Assembly: GCA_005878485.1 (NCBI GenBank)
Contig: VBMG01000038.1
Span: 1-49,609 of the forward strand
Direction of reading: 5' to 3'
Length of the DNA stretch: 49,609 nucleotides
DNA from: Methanobacteriota archaeon
Lineage (GTDB): Archaea > Thermoplasmatota > Thermoplasmata > RBG-16-68-12
Shown here one piece after another: positions 29,374 through 38,396 of the stretch. The translations under genes were made by a program, and so were the position numbers. The notes beneath the pieces are model-generated. The model saw only the letters and a list, made by a program, of their open reading frames with translations. It was not told where the DNA came from and searched no databases. The stretch's first letter is position 1. Each line of letters opens with the position of its first letter.

Positions 29374-29874
29374 ATGGCGCTCGTCCGGGTCAACCGCAAG
29401 GTGAAAGCGGGGAAGCACGCCATCCTGGACGTCTTCCCAGGGCTCGACCGGTCCGCGGCGTTCCGCGGGATTTTCCCGGACGGACTCCGGGAGCAGGTCC
29501 TCCACGATTGCCAGATCGACGTCATGCCGGAGGACATGTACATGTACATCGACGACGAGGCGGGCAACGTCGTTGCGGGTCTGGGCTACCTCAAAGAAGG
29601 GGACGAGAAGATCCTCTACCTCGATGTCCTCCACGAGCTCACCCACATCCGACAGTGGCACGCGGGGAAGGAGCTGTGGGACCGCCGCTACAACTATGTC
29701 GATCGGCCAACCGAGATCGAGGCGTACCGCGTCGCGGTCGGCGAGGCGAGGAGCCTTGGCATGACGGACCGCGAGATCGCGGACTACCTCCGCGTCGAGT
29801 GGACGAGCCGGGAGGAACACGAGCGGCTCTGCAAACATCTCGGCGTCCGCAGCCCGGAATCGCGGGCGGTCTAG
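29374..29874 (+). CDS. Small zincin-like protein (HExxH)
   Basis: LHELTHIRQ followed by PTEIEAY. Confidence 0.7.
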   Translation: MALVRVNRKVKAGKHAILDVFPGLDRSAAFRGIFPDGLREQVLHDCQIDVMPEDMYMYIDDEAGNVVAGLGYLKEGDEKILYLDVLHELTHIRQWHAGKELWDRRYNYVDRPTEIEAYRVAVGEARSLGMTDREIADYLRVEWTSREEHERLCKHLGVRSPESRAV

Positions 29875-29920
29875 GGGAAGCCCTCAAATCGGGCAGGCGC
29901 GTTCCGCGAGATCCGGGACC

Positions 29921-30256
29921 ATGCCGAGCATCGCGGTCGAGGACTTCCAGAAGGTTGAGATGAGGGTCGGGAAGGTCGTCGGCGTTGAGGAGTTCCCGGA
30001 GGCCCGCAACCCATCGTACAAGTTGAGGATCGATTTCGGTTCCCATGGCATGAAGAAATCGTCCGCGGCCATTCGTCCATGGTACCGCAAGGAGGACCTC
30101 CTGGGTCGACACGTCGTGGCGGTCACGAACTTTCCGCCGCGGCAGATCGGGCCGTTTTCCTCGGAGGTCCTGTGCCTCGGGGCCGTCCAACGGGACGGCC
30201 GTGTTATTCTGCTCCAACCCGACTCGGAGGGGGAACTCGGTGCTCGGGTTGCATGA
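29921..30256 (+). CDS. csaA: CsaA tRNA-binding/export chaperone
   Basis: DFQKVEMRVG, IDFG, SSAAI, VTNFPPRQIGPFSSEVLCLG. Confidence 0.92.
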   Translation: MPSIAVEDFQKVEMRVGKVVGVEEFPEARNPSYKLRIDFGSHGMKKSSAAIRPWYRKEDLLGRHVVAVTNFPPRQIGPFSSEVLCLGAVQRDGRVILLQPDSEGELGARVA

Positions 30257-30731
30257 GACCGGCCGCGAATTCCTCGTGCGGGCCTGCGGCATCTTGATTC
30301 ATGACGACTCCGTGCTCGCCCAGGAGGCGGACGACGAAGCCCGCGGCAAGAGCTACGCGCTCCCGGGTGGGCATCTCGAATTCGGGGAGAGCCTCGCCCT
30401 CTGCCTGGCTCGGGAGTTCTACGAAGAGAGCGGCCTGAACGTCGAGGCCGAAAAGCTCAGCTATGTCCACGAGAACTTCTACACCCTGAAGGGGACCCAG
30501 ACGCATGAAATCGGGTTCTATTTCCTCGTCGACCTGAACTCGGAATTCCCGGTGCCGGATGGCCACGGTTACATCCCGAGTCTGGAGTCCCACATCCGCA
30601 TGAGGCTGCTCCCCCTGGCGAAGCTTCAATCCTTCGCGCTGATGCCCACGTTCCTCCGGAGCCAGCTCCCGCAAGACGCACGCGACCGTTTCGCACATCC
30701 CACCCGCCACTTGGTCTCCGACGAGCGATGA
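30249..30731 (+). CDS. NUDIX hydrolase
   Basis: Nudix box PGGHLEFGESLALCLAREFYEESG. TTG start inferred. Confidence 0.88.
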   Translation: MHETGREFLVRACGILIHDDSVLAQEADDEARGKSYALPGGHLEFGESLALCLAREFYEESGLNVEAEKLSYVHENFYTLKGTQTHEIGFYFLVDLNSEFPVPDGHGYIPSLESHIRMRLLPLAKLQSFALMPTFLRSQLPQDARDRFAHPTRHLVSDER

Positions 30732-30732
30732 G

Positions 30733-31164
30733 ATGGCGCTTCGCATCCGCCGCCTGCGGCCCTCCGATTACGACGAACTGATGCGACTCTTCGAGGCTTG
30801 CGGCCTCGATCCTCGGATGCGGGGCCGTGACAGCCGAAGCTCAATCGCCCATCAGCTGCGTGTGAATCGCGACTCGTATCTGGGCGCCCTCGACGGCCGT
30901 CGCCTTGTCGGAGCGGTTCTTGGAACCGACGACTCTCGGAAAGGCTGGATCAACCGCCTCGCGGTTCATCCCGACTACCGACGCAGAGGGATCGCGAAAC
31001 GCCTGGTGCGCGCGGTGGAGCGGGCGCTTCGTGCGAAGGGCATCGAAATGTTTGCCGCCCTCATCGAACCCGGGAATGACGCCTCCGTTAGCGTGTTCCG
31101 GTCGCTCGGGTACGAAATCCTTCCCATGGCCTACGCGCGCAAGAAGCGGAACGAAGGCGTCTAG
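30733..31164 (+). CDS. GNAT acetyltransferase
   Basis: GWINRLAVHPDYRRRGIA, NDASVSVFRSLGY. Confidence 0.9.
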   Translation: MALRIRRLRPSDYDELMRLFEACGLDPRMRGRDSRSSIAHQLRVNRDSYLGALDGRRLVGAVLGTDDSRKGWINRLAVHPDYRRRGIAKRLVRAVERALRAKGIEMFAALIEPGNDASVSVFRSLGYEILPMAYARKKRNEGV

Positions 31165-32351
31165 GAGATGACGTGGAGTTCCTTCCCGATTTTCTCGTAC
31201 GCGGCCAGGGCCTCGTCGAGGTCCTCGCGTCGGAGGCCTGCATTGACGATGTTCCGGATGCGGGCCCGGTCTTTCGCGACCATCGGATACACGATCGGGA
31301 GCGCGAAGACCCCCTCCTCGAACAGGCGCTGGCTGAACCGCTTCGCCGTTGCCGAATCACCGAGCATCACGGGGGTAATCGGGGTCTCGCTCCTCCCGAT
31401 GTCGAAACCCAGCGACACGAGTCGATTCTTGAAGTACTTCGTGTTCGACCAGAGTTTCTTGACGTGGCGCGGCTCCGTCTCGAGGACATCGATCGCCGCG
31501 ATGCAAGCGGCGGTGACCGCCGGAGGATGGGAACCGCTCAGCAGCCACGTCCGGGACTTGTTGAGCGCATAGTTCCTCAGGTCGTTCGAACCGACGACGT
31601 ACCCTCCAACGACCCCGAGCGCCTTCGAGAAGGTGCCCAGCTCGATCGTGATCTTATCCTCAACGTGAAAGTGGGACGCAACACCGCGGCCTCCGTCCCC
31701 CAGGACGCCTTCTCCGTGGGCGTCGTCGATATAGACCATCGCGCCGAAATCCTCGGAGAGGTTTGCGATCCCGTCCACCGGCGCGATGTCGCCGTCCATC
31801 GAGAAGACGCCGTCGCTGATGACCAGGATCTTCTTCGCCCAGCCGTCGACCTCCTTCAGCGCGCGTTCGAGGTCGCCGACGTCGCAGTGGCGGTAGATCA
31901 CCCGCTGCGCCTTCGTCAATCGGACGCCGTCGATGATGCTCCCGTGGTTCAGTTCGTCCGTGAGGATCGCGTCCCCTTCCCCCGCGAGCTGCGAGATGAG
32001 TCCGGCGTTGCCCGCGAAGCCACTCATGTAGAACAGCGCGGCCTCCCGCCGCTTGAAACGCGCAATCCGTCGCTCCAGCTCCTCGTGGATGTCCATGTTG
32101 CCCGCGATCGGCCGGACGCTGCCGCTCCCCGCGCCATGCGTCTTCACGGCCTCCCGCGCGGCCCGCTTCACCTTCGGGTGGTTCGAGAGGTTCAGGTAGT
32201 TGTTCGAGCAGAGCATGATGACGGTCTTTCCATCGACGACACTCCGAGGAGCGGACGGCCCTTGGAGGACGCGGAGCTTCCAGTCGAGGCTCTGTGCCAC
32301 GAGGGCCTCGTACTCCGCCCGCATCCATGAGGTCGGATCGCGCTTCGACAT
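31161..32351 (-). CDS. kbl: Glycine C-acetyltransferase (2-amino-3-ketobutyrate CoA ligase)
   Basis: CSNNYL, NHGSIIDG, DGVFSMDG, DDAHG, PLP Lys in GTFSKALG; adjacent to tdh. Confidence 0.9.
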   Translation of the reverse strand: MSKRDPTSWMRAEYEALVAQSLDWKLRVLQGPSAPRSVVDGKTVIMLCSNNYLNLSNHPKVKRAAREAVKTHGAGSGSVRPIAGNMDIHEELERRIARFKRREAALFYMSGFAGNAGLISQLAGEGDAILTDELNHGSIIDGVRLTKAQRVIYRHCDVGDLERALKEVDGWAKKILVISDGVFSMDGDIAPVDGIANLSEDFGAMVYIDDAHGEGVLGDGGRGVASHFHVEDKITIELGTFSKALGVVGGYVVGSNDLRNYALNKSRTWLLSGSHPPAVTAACIAAIDVLETEPRHVKKLWSNTKYFKNRLVSLGFDIGRSETPITPVMLGDSATAKRFSQRLFEEGVFALPIVYPMVAKDRARIRNIVNAGLRREDLDEALAAYEKIGKELHVIS

Positions 32352-32353
32352 CG

Positions 32354-33400
32354 TCACGCCTCCATCGGGAAGGCGACTTTGCCGCAATTCCCGCTTCGCA
32401 TCACGCCCATCGCCTCGTTGTAGTCGTCCAGGGGGAACCTGTGGGTGAGGATCGGCTTCAGGTTCACGTTCCCGCTTTTCAGGAGTCCGCCCATCTGCAT
32501 CCAGGTCTTGTACATCAGGCGCCCGTGGATGCCGTACATCGATAAACCCTTCGTTACGAACTCGGAGATGTCGAGGCTGAGCGGCTTGGGGAAGAGCCCG
32601 AGCAAGTGGATCCCGCCCGCCGGCCGGACGACCTGGATGGCCTGCTGGACCGCCGCCTCGCTCCCGGAGAATTCGAGCACCTCATCGACGCCCTCACCCG
32701 CCGTCGCGTCCATCACCTCATCGACGAGCGATTCGCCGGATCGGAGGACGAGGCTCGCTCCCACCGTCTTGGCGAGGTCCATCCGGTACTGGTTCCGGTG
32801 ACCGATCGCAATCACGGTGCGGGCCGCCATCCCGCGGCACAGGGCGACCGCCATGAGGCCGATCGGCCCGAGGCCGAAGATCGCAATCGTCTTCCCGGGG
32901 ACGTTCGCGTTCGTGACCGTGTAGACCGCGTTGCCGAGCGGGTCTTGCATCGTGGCGAGCTCGAGCGGCAGGTCGTCGTCATTCACGATCACGTTCGACG
33001 CGGGGACGGCCATGTACTCCGCGAACGAGCCACTTCGATCGATTCCGAGGATGGAGACGTTCTTGCAGACGTGGGCGTTGCCCGTGCGGCACATGTAGCA
33101 CCGGCCGCACGCGATGTGCCCCTCCGCGCTCACATAGTCTCCTTTCCGAAGGCCCGTGACACCGGAACCCAGGGTCTCCACGTGTCCGGCGAACTCGTGA
33201 CCCTGGATCAGCGGCACCTTGATTCGCGCCGCCGCCCACGCGTCCCAATCGTAGATGTGGACGTCCGTGCCGCAGATCGACGCGATGTCGACTCGGATCA
33301 AGACTTCCGAAGGACTTGGCTCGGGGATCGGGACTTTCCGGAGCTCCGTGCTCTTGGGCGCCGGTTTCATCTTGACGGCGGCCTTCATCGTCGACGCCAT
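32354..33400 (-). CDS. tdh: L-threonine 3-dehydrogenase
   Basis: SICGTDVHIYDWDAWA, GHEF, CGRCYMC..C, DPLGNAV, GLGPIG, GIHGR. Confidence 0.93.
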   Translation of the reverse strand: MASTMKAAVKMKPAPKSTELRKVPIPEPSPSEVLIRVDIASICGTDVHIYDWDAWAAARIKVPLIQGHEFAGHVETLGSGVTGLRKGDYVSAEGHIACGRCYMCRTGNAHVCKNVSILGIDRSGSFAEYMAVPASNVIVNDDDLPLELATMQDPLGNAVYTVTNANVPGKTIAIFGLGPIGLMAVALCRGMAARTVIAIGHRNQYRMDLAKTVGASLVLRSGESLVDEVMDATAGEGVDEVLEFSGSEAAVQQAIQVVRPAGGIHLLGLFPKPLSLDISEFVTKGLSMYGIHGRLMYKTWMQMGGLLKSGNVNLKPILTHRFPLDDYNEAMGVMRSGNCGKVAFPMEA

Positions 33401-33492
33401 CCGGATCCCGAGGCTGCGCATGGTCCGCCGCTATTTCAACTTTGTATCACAGCGCGGTGCGCCCTGGACGAACCGCCGGCTGCGTTCCCGGT

Positions 33493-34635
33493 CTAGACGG
33501 GCTGAATCGGATGCAGCTTCGACGTACGGTATCCAATGACCACGAAGAGATACTCCTTCGCCGAGAACTCCGCATCGAGCGAGGGGTCGCCGGTATCGAC
33601 GCGGAGGACCGGAGTCGTCTCGAGCTTCGCGGGCGTCGCGACGACGATGACATTCTTCGTCCCAATCCGTCGGATGACATCGGGGCTCGCCTGGAGATTT
33701 CCGCGGCCGAGGATAAACCCCTGCGCTCCGACCGGACTCAGGACGAGCTTCGCATCCCGGTGCCGGTCCAGGATCGCGAGGATCCGTTTCTCGTTCAGAT
33801 CCCTTTCAATCGTTTTGCCTGCGAGGACGGCATCGATTCCCAGCAAGGTCTTTTCGAGCCGAAGCGCGGAGGCGATCCCGTGAATCGTGGAGCCGGGTCC
33901 CAGCAGGAAGAGTGTCTCGGGACTCTCTTCGAAGAGCTCCGAGAAGTGCATCGCGAGTTCGGTGCGGATGGCATCCTCCGTCACCTCGGCAACCATCATC
34001 TTCCCCGCCTGGACGAGGTGCGGTTCCGCCAGGGTGTTCGCCGTCATGAACAGTCGAATTCGCCACTCGCCCTTGCGATATGCCTCTTCGTCCAGGTCGA
34101 GGACCTCTCCGGGAGCAATCCGGAGTTGGCCGCGGACGTATGCGATCAGCAGGTTGGCCGCGGCGATCGGAGAGACCGCGAAGACCCCCGAGTGCATCTT
34201 GACGCCCGCGGGGATGCCGAGGATCGGAACCCGGTCCCTGGTCGCTCCCGCGACGTCCCGCGCGGTCCCGTCGCCGCCACAGAACAGGAGGAGTTCGGCC
34301 CCCCGACCGACCATCGCTTCCACTCCGTGGAGCGTGTCGCTCGCGGTCGTCTGCTTCCCGGGAGTGTAGACGACCTCAACCGCGGCCTCTGGGACGCCGG
34401 CCGCCCGAAGTGACTCGTATCCCATCGGGCCCCCACACGTGAGCCACTCCACTCGAAGGCTCGGATCGCCCTTCGCGACTCCCAAGAACGCTGCCGCAAA
34501 AACAGTTGCGCGGGGTCCGGCGACGGGCTCCGCGCCTTGTGCGCGGGCTTCGTCCGCGACCCCGTCCGTCCCTTTCAACCCGACCCTGCCGCCCATCCCG
34601 GCGACCGGGTTCACGACGAATCCGATGCGTCGCAC
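33493..34635 (-). CDS. ATP-NAD/AcoX kinase family protein
   Basis: GFVVNPVAGMGGRVGLKGTDG, GGDGTARD, GIPAGVKMHSGVFA, QGFILGRGN, VDTGD. Confidence 0.88.
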   Translation of the reverse strand: MRRIGFVVNPVAGMGGRVGLKGTDGVADEARAQGAEPVAGPRATVFAAAFLGVAKGDPSLRVEWLTCGGPMGYESLRAAGVPEAAVEVVYTPGKQTTASDTLHGVEAMVGRGAELLLFCGGDGTARDVAGATRDRVPILGIPAGVKMHSGVFAVSPIAAANLLIAYVRGQLRIAPGEVLDLDEEAYRKGEWRIRLFMTANTLAEPHLVQAGKMMVAEVTEDAIRTELAMHFSELFEESPETLFLLGPGSTIHGIASALRLEKTLLGIDAVLAGKTIERDLNEKRILAILDRHRDAKLVLSPVGAQGFILGRGNLQASPDVIRRIGTKNVIVVATPAKLETTPVLRVDTGDPSLDAEFSAKEYLFVVIGYRTSKLHPIQPV

Positions 34636-34699
34636 GCGGGTCGAGACCCCAGCCGGCGTATTTGCGCCTTCCGCGAGCCCGTTCGCGACCGACGTGGGC

Positions 34700-35743
34700 C
34701 TATCTCTGCACGGAGGGGCCTTTGCGCCATGCGCGGCCGAGTTCTGCGGGAGGCGACACGACTGCGAGGTGCAGCAGGTAGCCCGCGACTGCAATCGGGA
34801 GGAGTGGCCAGAGGGGCGGGGCGAGGCCGACCGCCGTCGCCAGGCCCGCGGCAATTCCCAGCTGGATGACCTGAAGCTCGCCCCGCGTCACGGATTTCAG
34901 ATCCCTCGGGTCGATACGAAGGTGAATCCACACCGCCGGGACGGTAAGAGCGGACCCTAACAGGAAGGCCGGATGGACGAGAACACCGAGCAAGCCGTAG
35001 ACGAGCGCCGCGATGGAAGCCATCCCCGCGGCGTAGCGCTTCGACCAGGCGTACCCGAATGCGACGACCGTCGTGCGCTTCGGCGGCTTGGCGGTCGCAT
35101 CCATGGGAGCGTCGAGGTAGTGGTGAACCATGAGCATCGCGGTGCACACGAGCGCGTGGGCGGAAAGGGCTAAGACGGCAACGGCCGAGAGGGACAGGGT
35201 TTGGATCGCGTACGCCCCGAGGCCGGAGAGCAGCACACCCGGGAACCCACCGAACCACTCGCCGGCAAGCGGTCGGTACGAGGTCGCAATCGGCGGGATC
35301 GTGTAGGCGAGGCCGAGCGCGTATCCGCCAATGATCAAGAGGGCGAGCCACGGGGCCCGAGCCAGGACCACCCAGGCCGTCAGCGCAGCCACGCCCGCGG
35401 TCGACACCCCGAAGATCCACCACAGATCCCGCTCTTCGAGGAGGTCGAGGTTCCGGACCCGGCTCCCGCCCGAGAGGGCGCGTCCACCGTTCACGCGGTC
35501 CGTCCCGCTCCGCCAATCGTAGATCTCGTTGATTGCGTGGGTCACCCAGCCTTGGATCAAGCCGCCGAGGGCGAGCGCGACGGCGAACCATATCGGGTTG
35601 AAGGTCCCGGAGGAGCCGAAGGCCACGCCGGTCCCGAGGGCGACCGCGGTGTAGGACCACAGAAGGACGGGGATGAGGCGGAACTCGAGGAACCATCCCT
35701 TCGCCCGTCGAGCCCACTCGAGCCGACGGGGGACGGTCGCCAC
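34700..35743 (-). CDS. UbiA-superfamily prenyltransferase, MenA-like
   Basis: NEIYDWRSGTD, SGGSRV, YTIPP...YRPLAGE, D..D....KRT, multiple TM segments. Confidence 0.85.
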   Translation of the reverse strand: MATVPRRLEWARRAKGWFLEFRLIPVLLWSYTAVALGTGVAFGSSGTFNPIWFAVALALGGLIQGWVTHAINEIYDWRSGTDRVNGGRALSGGSRVRNLDLLEERDLWWIFGVSTAGVAALTAWVVLARAPWLALLIIGGYALGLAYTIPPIATSYRPLAGEWFGGFPGVLLSGLGAYAIQTLSLSAVAVLALSAHALVCTAMLMVHHYLDAPMDATAKPPKRTTVVAFGYAWSKRYAAGMASIAALVYGLLGVLVHPAFLLGSALTVPAVWIHLRIDPRDLKSVTRGELQVIQLGIAAGLATAVGLAPPLWPLLPIAVAGYLLHLAVVSPPAELGRAWRKGPSVQR

Positions 35744-35846
35744 AAGTTTGACTATTGCGATAGTAATATTAGAAGCTTCGGGGATGCGGTGTCCGATGGG
35801 TGTCCCGCAACCTAAATTATCGGAGGACGGATGGGGCCGTCGTTTC

Positions 35847-36143
35847 ATGGACAAGCGGTTGTGGTACCTCATCGCGGGGACGCGCGGCGGCATCAACCGC
35901 GCGCGGATCCTGTGGACACTCCACGACCGCCCGTACAACGCGAACGACCTGGCCACCCGACTCGCACTGGACTACAAGACGGTTCGCCATCACCTTGACG
36001 TGCTCCGCGAGAACGACTGTGTCATGACCCTGGGGAACGAGGGCTACGGCACCCTGTACTCCTTGTCCCCGCGGCTCCAAGTCCATTTCGAGGATTTCCT
36101 CGAAATCTGGCGTCGGATCGAGTCGCGGGTGGGGGAAAAATAG
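35847..36143 (+). CDS. Archaeal ArsR-like winged-helix regulator
   Basis: LWYLIAGTRGGINRARIL..L..RPYNANDLA..L.LDYKTVRHHLDVL...YG.LY. Confidence 0.88.
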   Translation: MDKRLWYLIAGTRGGINRARILWTLHDRPYNANDLATRLALDYKTVRHHLDVLRENDCVMTLGNEGYGTLYSLSPRLQVHFEDFLEIWRRIESRVGEK

Positions 36144-36176
36144 ATATGGGCCGGACCCGCGTCTCGCGGTGATAGC

Positions 36177-36470
36177 TTGCCGATTGGCACGTTGTGGATG
36201 ATCGACCTCGGACTCGCGGTAGCCAGCATCGCGCTGCTTCTCGGTCTCCTGTACATCTACGTCGGGAACTACCGCAGCCTGCGGTCTCCGTTTTCGATCG
36301 GCCTCATCGTCTTCGCTACGCTGTTCCTGCTCGAGAATCTCGCGGCGATGTACTTCTACGTCGCGATGAACGACAGCAACATCGGTGCGTCCGTCGCGGT
36401 TCCGATGTTCGTCCTCAATGCGGCGGAGCTCGTGGGCTTCGCGACGCTCTTCTTCGTATCGTGGCGTTGA
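36177..36470 (+). CDS. Small three-TM membrane protein
   Basis: Three hydrophobic helices, NYRSLRSPFSIGLIVFA..LEN; GGTGA SD before the TTG start. Confidence 0.8.
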   Translation: MPIGTLWMIDLGLAVASIALLLGLLYIYVGNYRSLRSPFSIGLIVFATLFLLENLAAMYFYVAMNDSNIGASVAVPMFVLNAAELVGFATLFFVSWR

Positions 36471-36527
36471 ACCCGGCAGCGGTGCGGTCAAATACGGCGG
36501 CCCCGTTTGCGGTCGCGGAGAAGGCCG

Positions 36528-37466
36528 TTGCTGAATTACCGCCCCATGGGCAAGACCGAACTCGAGGTGTCCGAGATCGGCTTCGGCGTCTGGACGCTCG
36601 CCTCGGGCCATTGGGGGACTTTCACGGACGATCAAGCCGTCGACCTGCTCCGCAAAGCGTACGACGCCGGGATCAATTATTTCGATGTCGCGCCGACGGA
36701 TGGGAACGGGCGCGGGGAGCGGTTGCTCGGCCAAGCCTTCGGTGACAAGCGCGAGCTCGTGATCATCTCGAGCAAAACGGGACGCTCCGAAACGGGAGCG
36801 GACTTCTCGCCGACGTCGATTCGCAAGACGTTGGACGGGACCCTCGAGCGACTCGGATCGTCGTATGTGGACGCGCTGCAGTTGCATTACCCCGACGCCC
36901 CGACGGTCGCGAACCCCGCGGTCTGGCAGACCCTTGAGGACTTGAAGGGAGAGGGCAAGATCCGGTATTACGGGATCGCCCTCGGTCCTGGGCCGGGCGG
37001 TCTCGAAGAGGGACGCGCTGCGATGCGGAAGCACGATCTCGGCTGCATCCAGACTTACTACAACTTGCTCGAGGAGGAGCCGGGACGGAAGTTCTTCCCC
37101 GTGGCCCTGGAGATCGCCCAAGGCATGGTCATCCGGGCGCCCCATGCCGGCGGGGTGCTCGAATCCGATGCCAACGCAGTGAAATTCCCCGCGGACGGCG
37201 ACCTTCGGACGAAGGATGGGACGTGGATTGAGCGCGCGCGGAGGCAGGCGGCGAATCTCAATTGGATTTACGAAGGGAAGGGAATGACGCTGTCCCAGGC
37301 CGCGCTCAAATTCATCCTCTCGGAGGAGACCGTGGCCTCCGTCCTCCCGAACATCTATCGCGAGGAACACTTGTCCGAGTATGCCGCCGTCTCCGATTTC
37401 GAGTCGTTCTCCCAGGTAGAACTCGGCGAAATTGCGGAGCAGTTCCGGAAAGGGTTCGGCGTCTGA
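36528..37466 (+). CDS. Aldo/keto reductase
   Basis: YRPMGKTELEVSEIGFG, GINYFDVA, LERL..YVD.LQLH, GKIRYYG. The usual catalytic Tyr after DxA appears as Asp (DVAPTDG). Confidence 0.9.
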   Translation: MLNYRPMGKTELEVSEIGFGVWTLASGHWGTFTDDQAVDLLRKAYDAGINYFDVAPTDGNGRGERLLGQAFGDKRELVIISSKTGRSETGADFSPTSIRKTLDGTLERLGSSYVDALQLHYPDAPTVANPAVWQTLEDLKGEGKIRYYGIALGPGPGGLEEGRAAMRKHDLGCIQTYYNLLEEEPGRKFFPVALEIAQGMVIRAPHAGGVLESDANAVKFPADGDLRTKDGTWIERARRQAANLNWIYEGKGMTLSQAALKFILSEETVASVLPNIYREEHLSEYAAVSDFESFSQVELGEIAEQFRKGFGV

Positions 37467-37475
37467 GGGCGGCGA

Positions 37476-38039
37476 ATGATCCTGGGCTATGTGGACTCGG
37501 AGGACCGCATGTACGACTTGAACTTCGCAACCCTCCGACTCCGCGTCCGCGTCGAGCAGCCCGCGCCGAAGGAACGGGCCAGGGTCACCTTTTCCCAGGT
37601 GGCGGGCGCCGGTGCGGCTTCATACCGCGTTCTCGACGAGTCCGATGCGACCGCCGAGGCGTCGATGGATCACGACGGGAAGCGCGTGCCCCTATTGCGG
37701 CCCGTCGAAGGACACTTGTATCGCCACGAGGCCGGTCTCTTGTTTTTTGCCGAACCGCCTCAGAGAGATCCGGAAGATCCCGGGTTCTACCTCGTCAAGT
37801 TGCGCGCGATGCCGAGCGCGGTCCGGTTCTTGTTCGAGGCGCAACAGGGTCGCGAGATGATCTCGATTGCTCGGGATGAGAGCCTGCTAGTGGAGGACGA
37901 GGCGGACGGGAGAACCGTCTATGTCAGCGCGGCCAGTGTGGCCCTACCCAAGGAAAAAATCGCGTACGCAATCCAGTTGCGTCCCGCGGCTCGCGTCAAA
38001 CGGCTCATGACGGACCTCGTGCCGTCGGCCCCTCCATGA
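37476..38039 (+). CDS. Hypothetical protein
   Basis: Co-oriented 9 nt after the AKR gene; protein-like beta-rich composition. Confidence 0.7.
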   Translation: MILGYVDSEDRMYDLNFATLRLRVRVEQPAPKERARVTFSQVAGAGAASYRVLDESDATAEASMDHDGKRVPLLRPVEGHLYRHEAGLLFFAEPPQRDPEDPGFYLVKLRAMPSAVRFLFEAQQGREMISIARDESLLVEDEADGRTVYVSAASVALPKEKIAYAIQLRPAARVKRLMTDLVPSAPP

Positions 38040-38085
38040 CGAAACACTTATTACGACTCCGCGGCTTCGCCCGCTGAGGTCCGAC

Positions 38086-38226
38086 ATGTCCTACGATGTT
38101 GCGGGTCTGGGTCTCGGCGGCGAGAAGAAGAAGGGCAAGCGGAAGATGTACCTGTACGTCGCGATTGGCGTCGTGGTCATCGTCGTCGTCATCGTGGCCG
38201 CCTGGTGGGCGATGACTCCGCATTGA
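38086..38226 (+). CDS. 46-aa single-TM (tail-anchored) microprotein
   Basis: MSYDVAGLGLGGEKKKGKRKMYLYVAIGVVVIVVVIVAAWWAMTPH*; TTATTA at 38048 and GAGGT SD upstream. Below the ORF-track length cutoff. Confidence 0.75.
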   Translation: MSYDVAGLGLGGEKKKGKRKMYLYVAIGVVVIVVVIVAAWWAMTPH

Positions 38227-38396
38227 AGGGCCCGATTCGAGCTCTCAAGTTCAAGCCCTCCCGCCGGAAGCGGGAAGTCAGACCCCGTGTGCCCCGCGTT
38301 TTATCGCCATTTTGAGATACAAAGGATAATTCTTAAATAGTGCCGACCGTATGCTTCGGCAGTCATCTTTTAACCTCCTTTTGAACGGGTGTTGCA

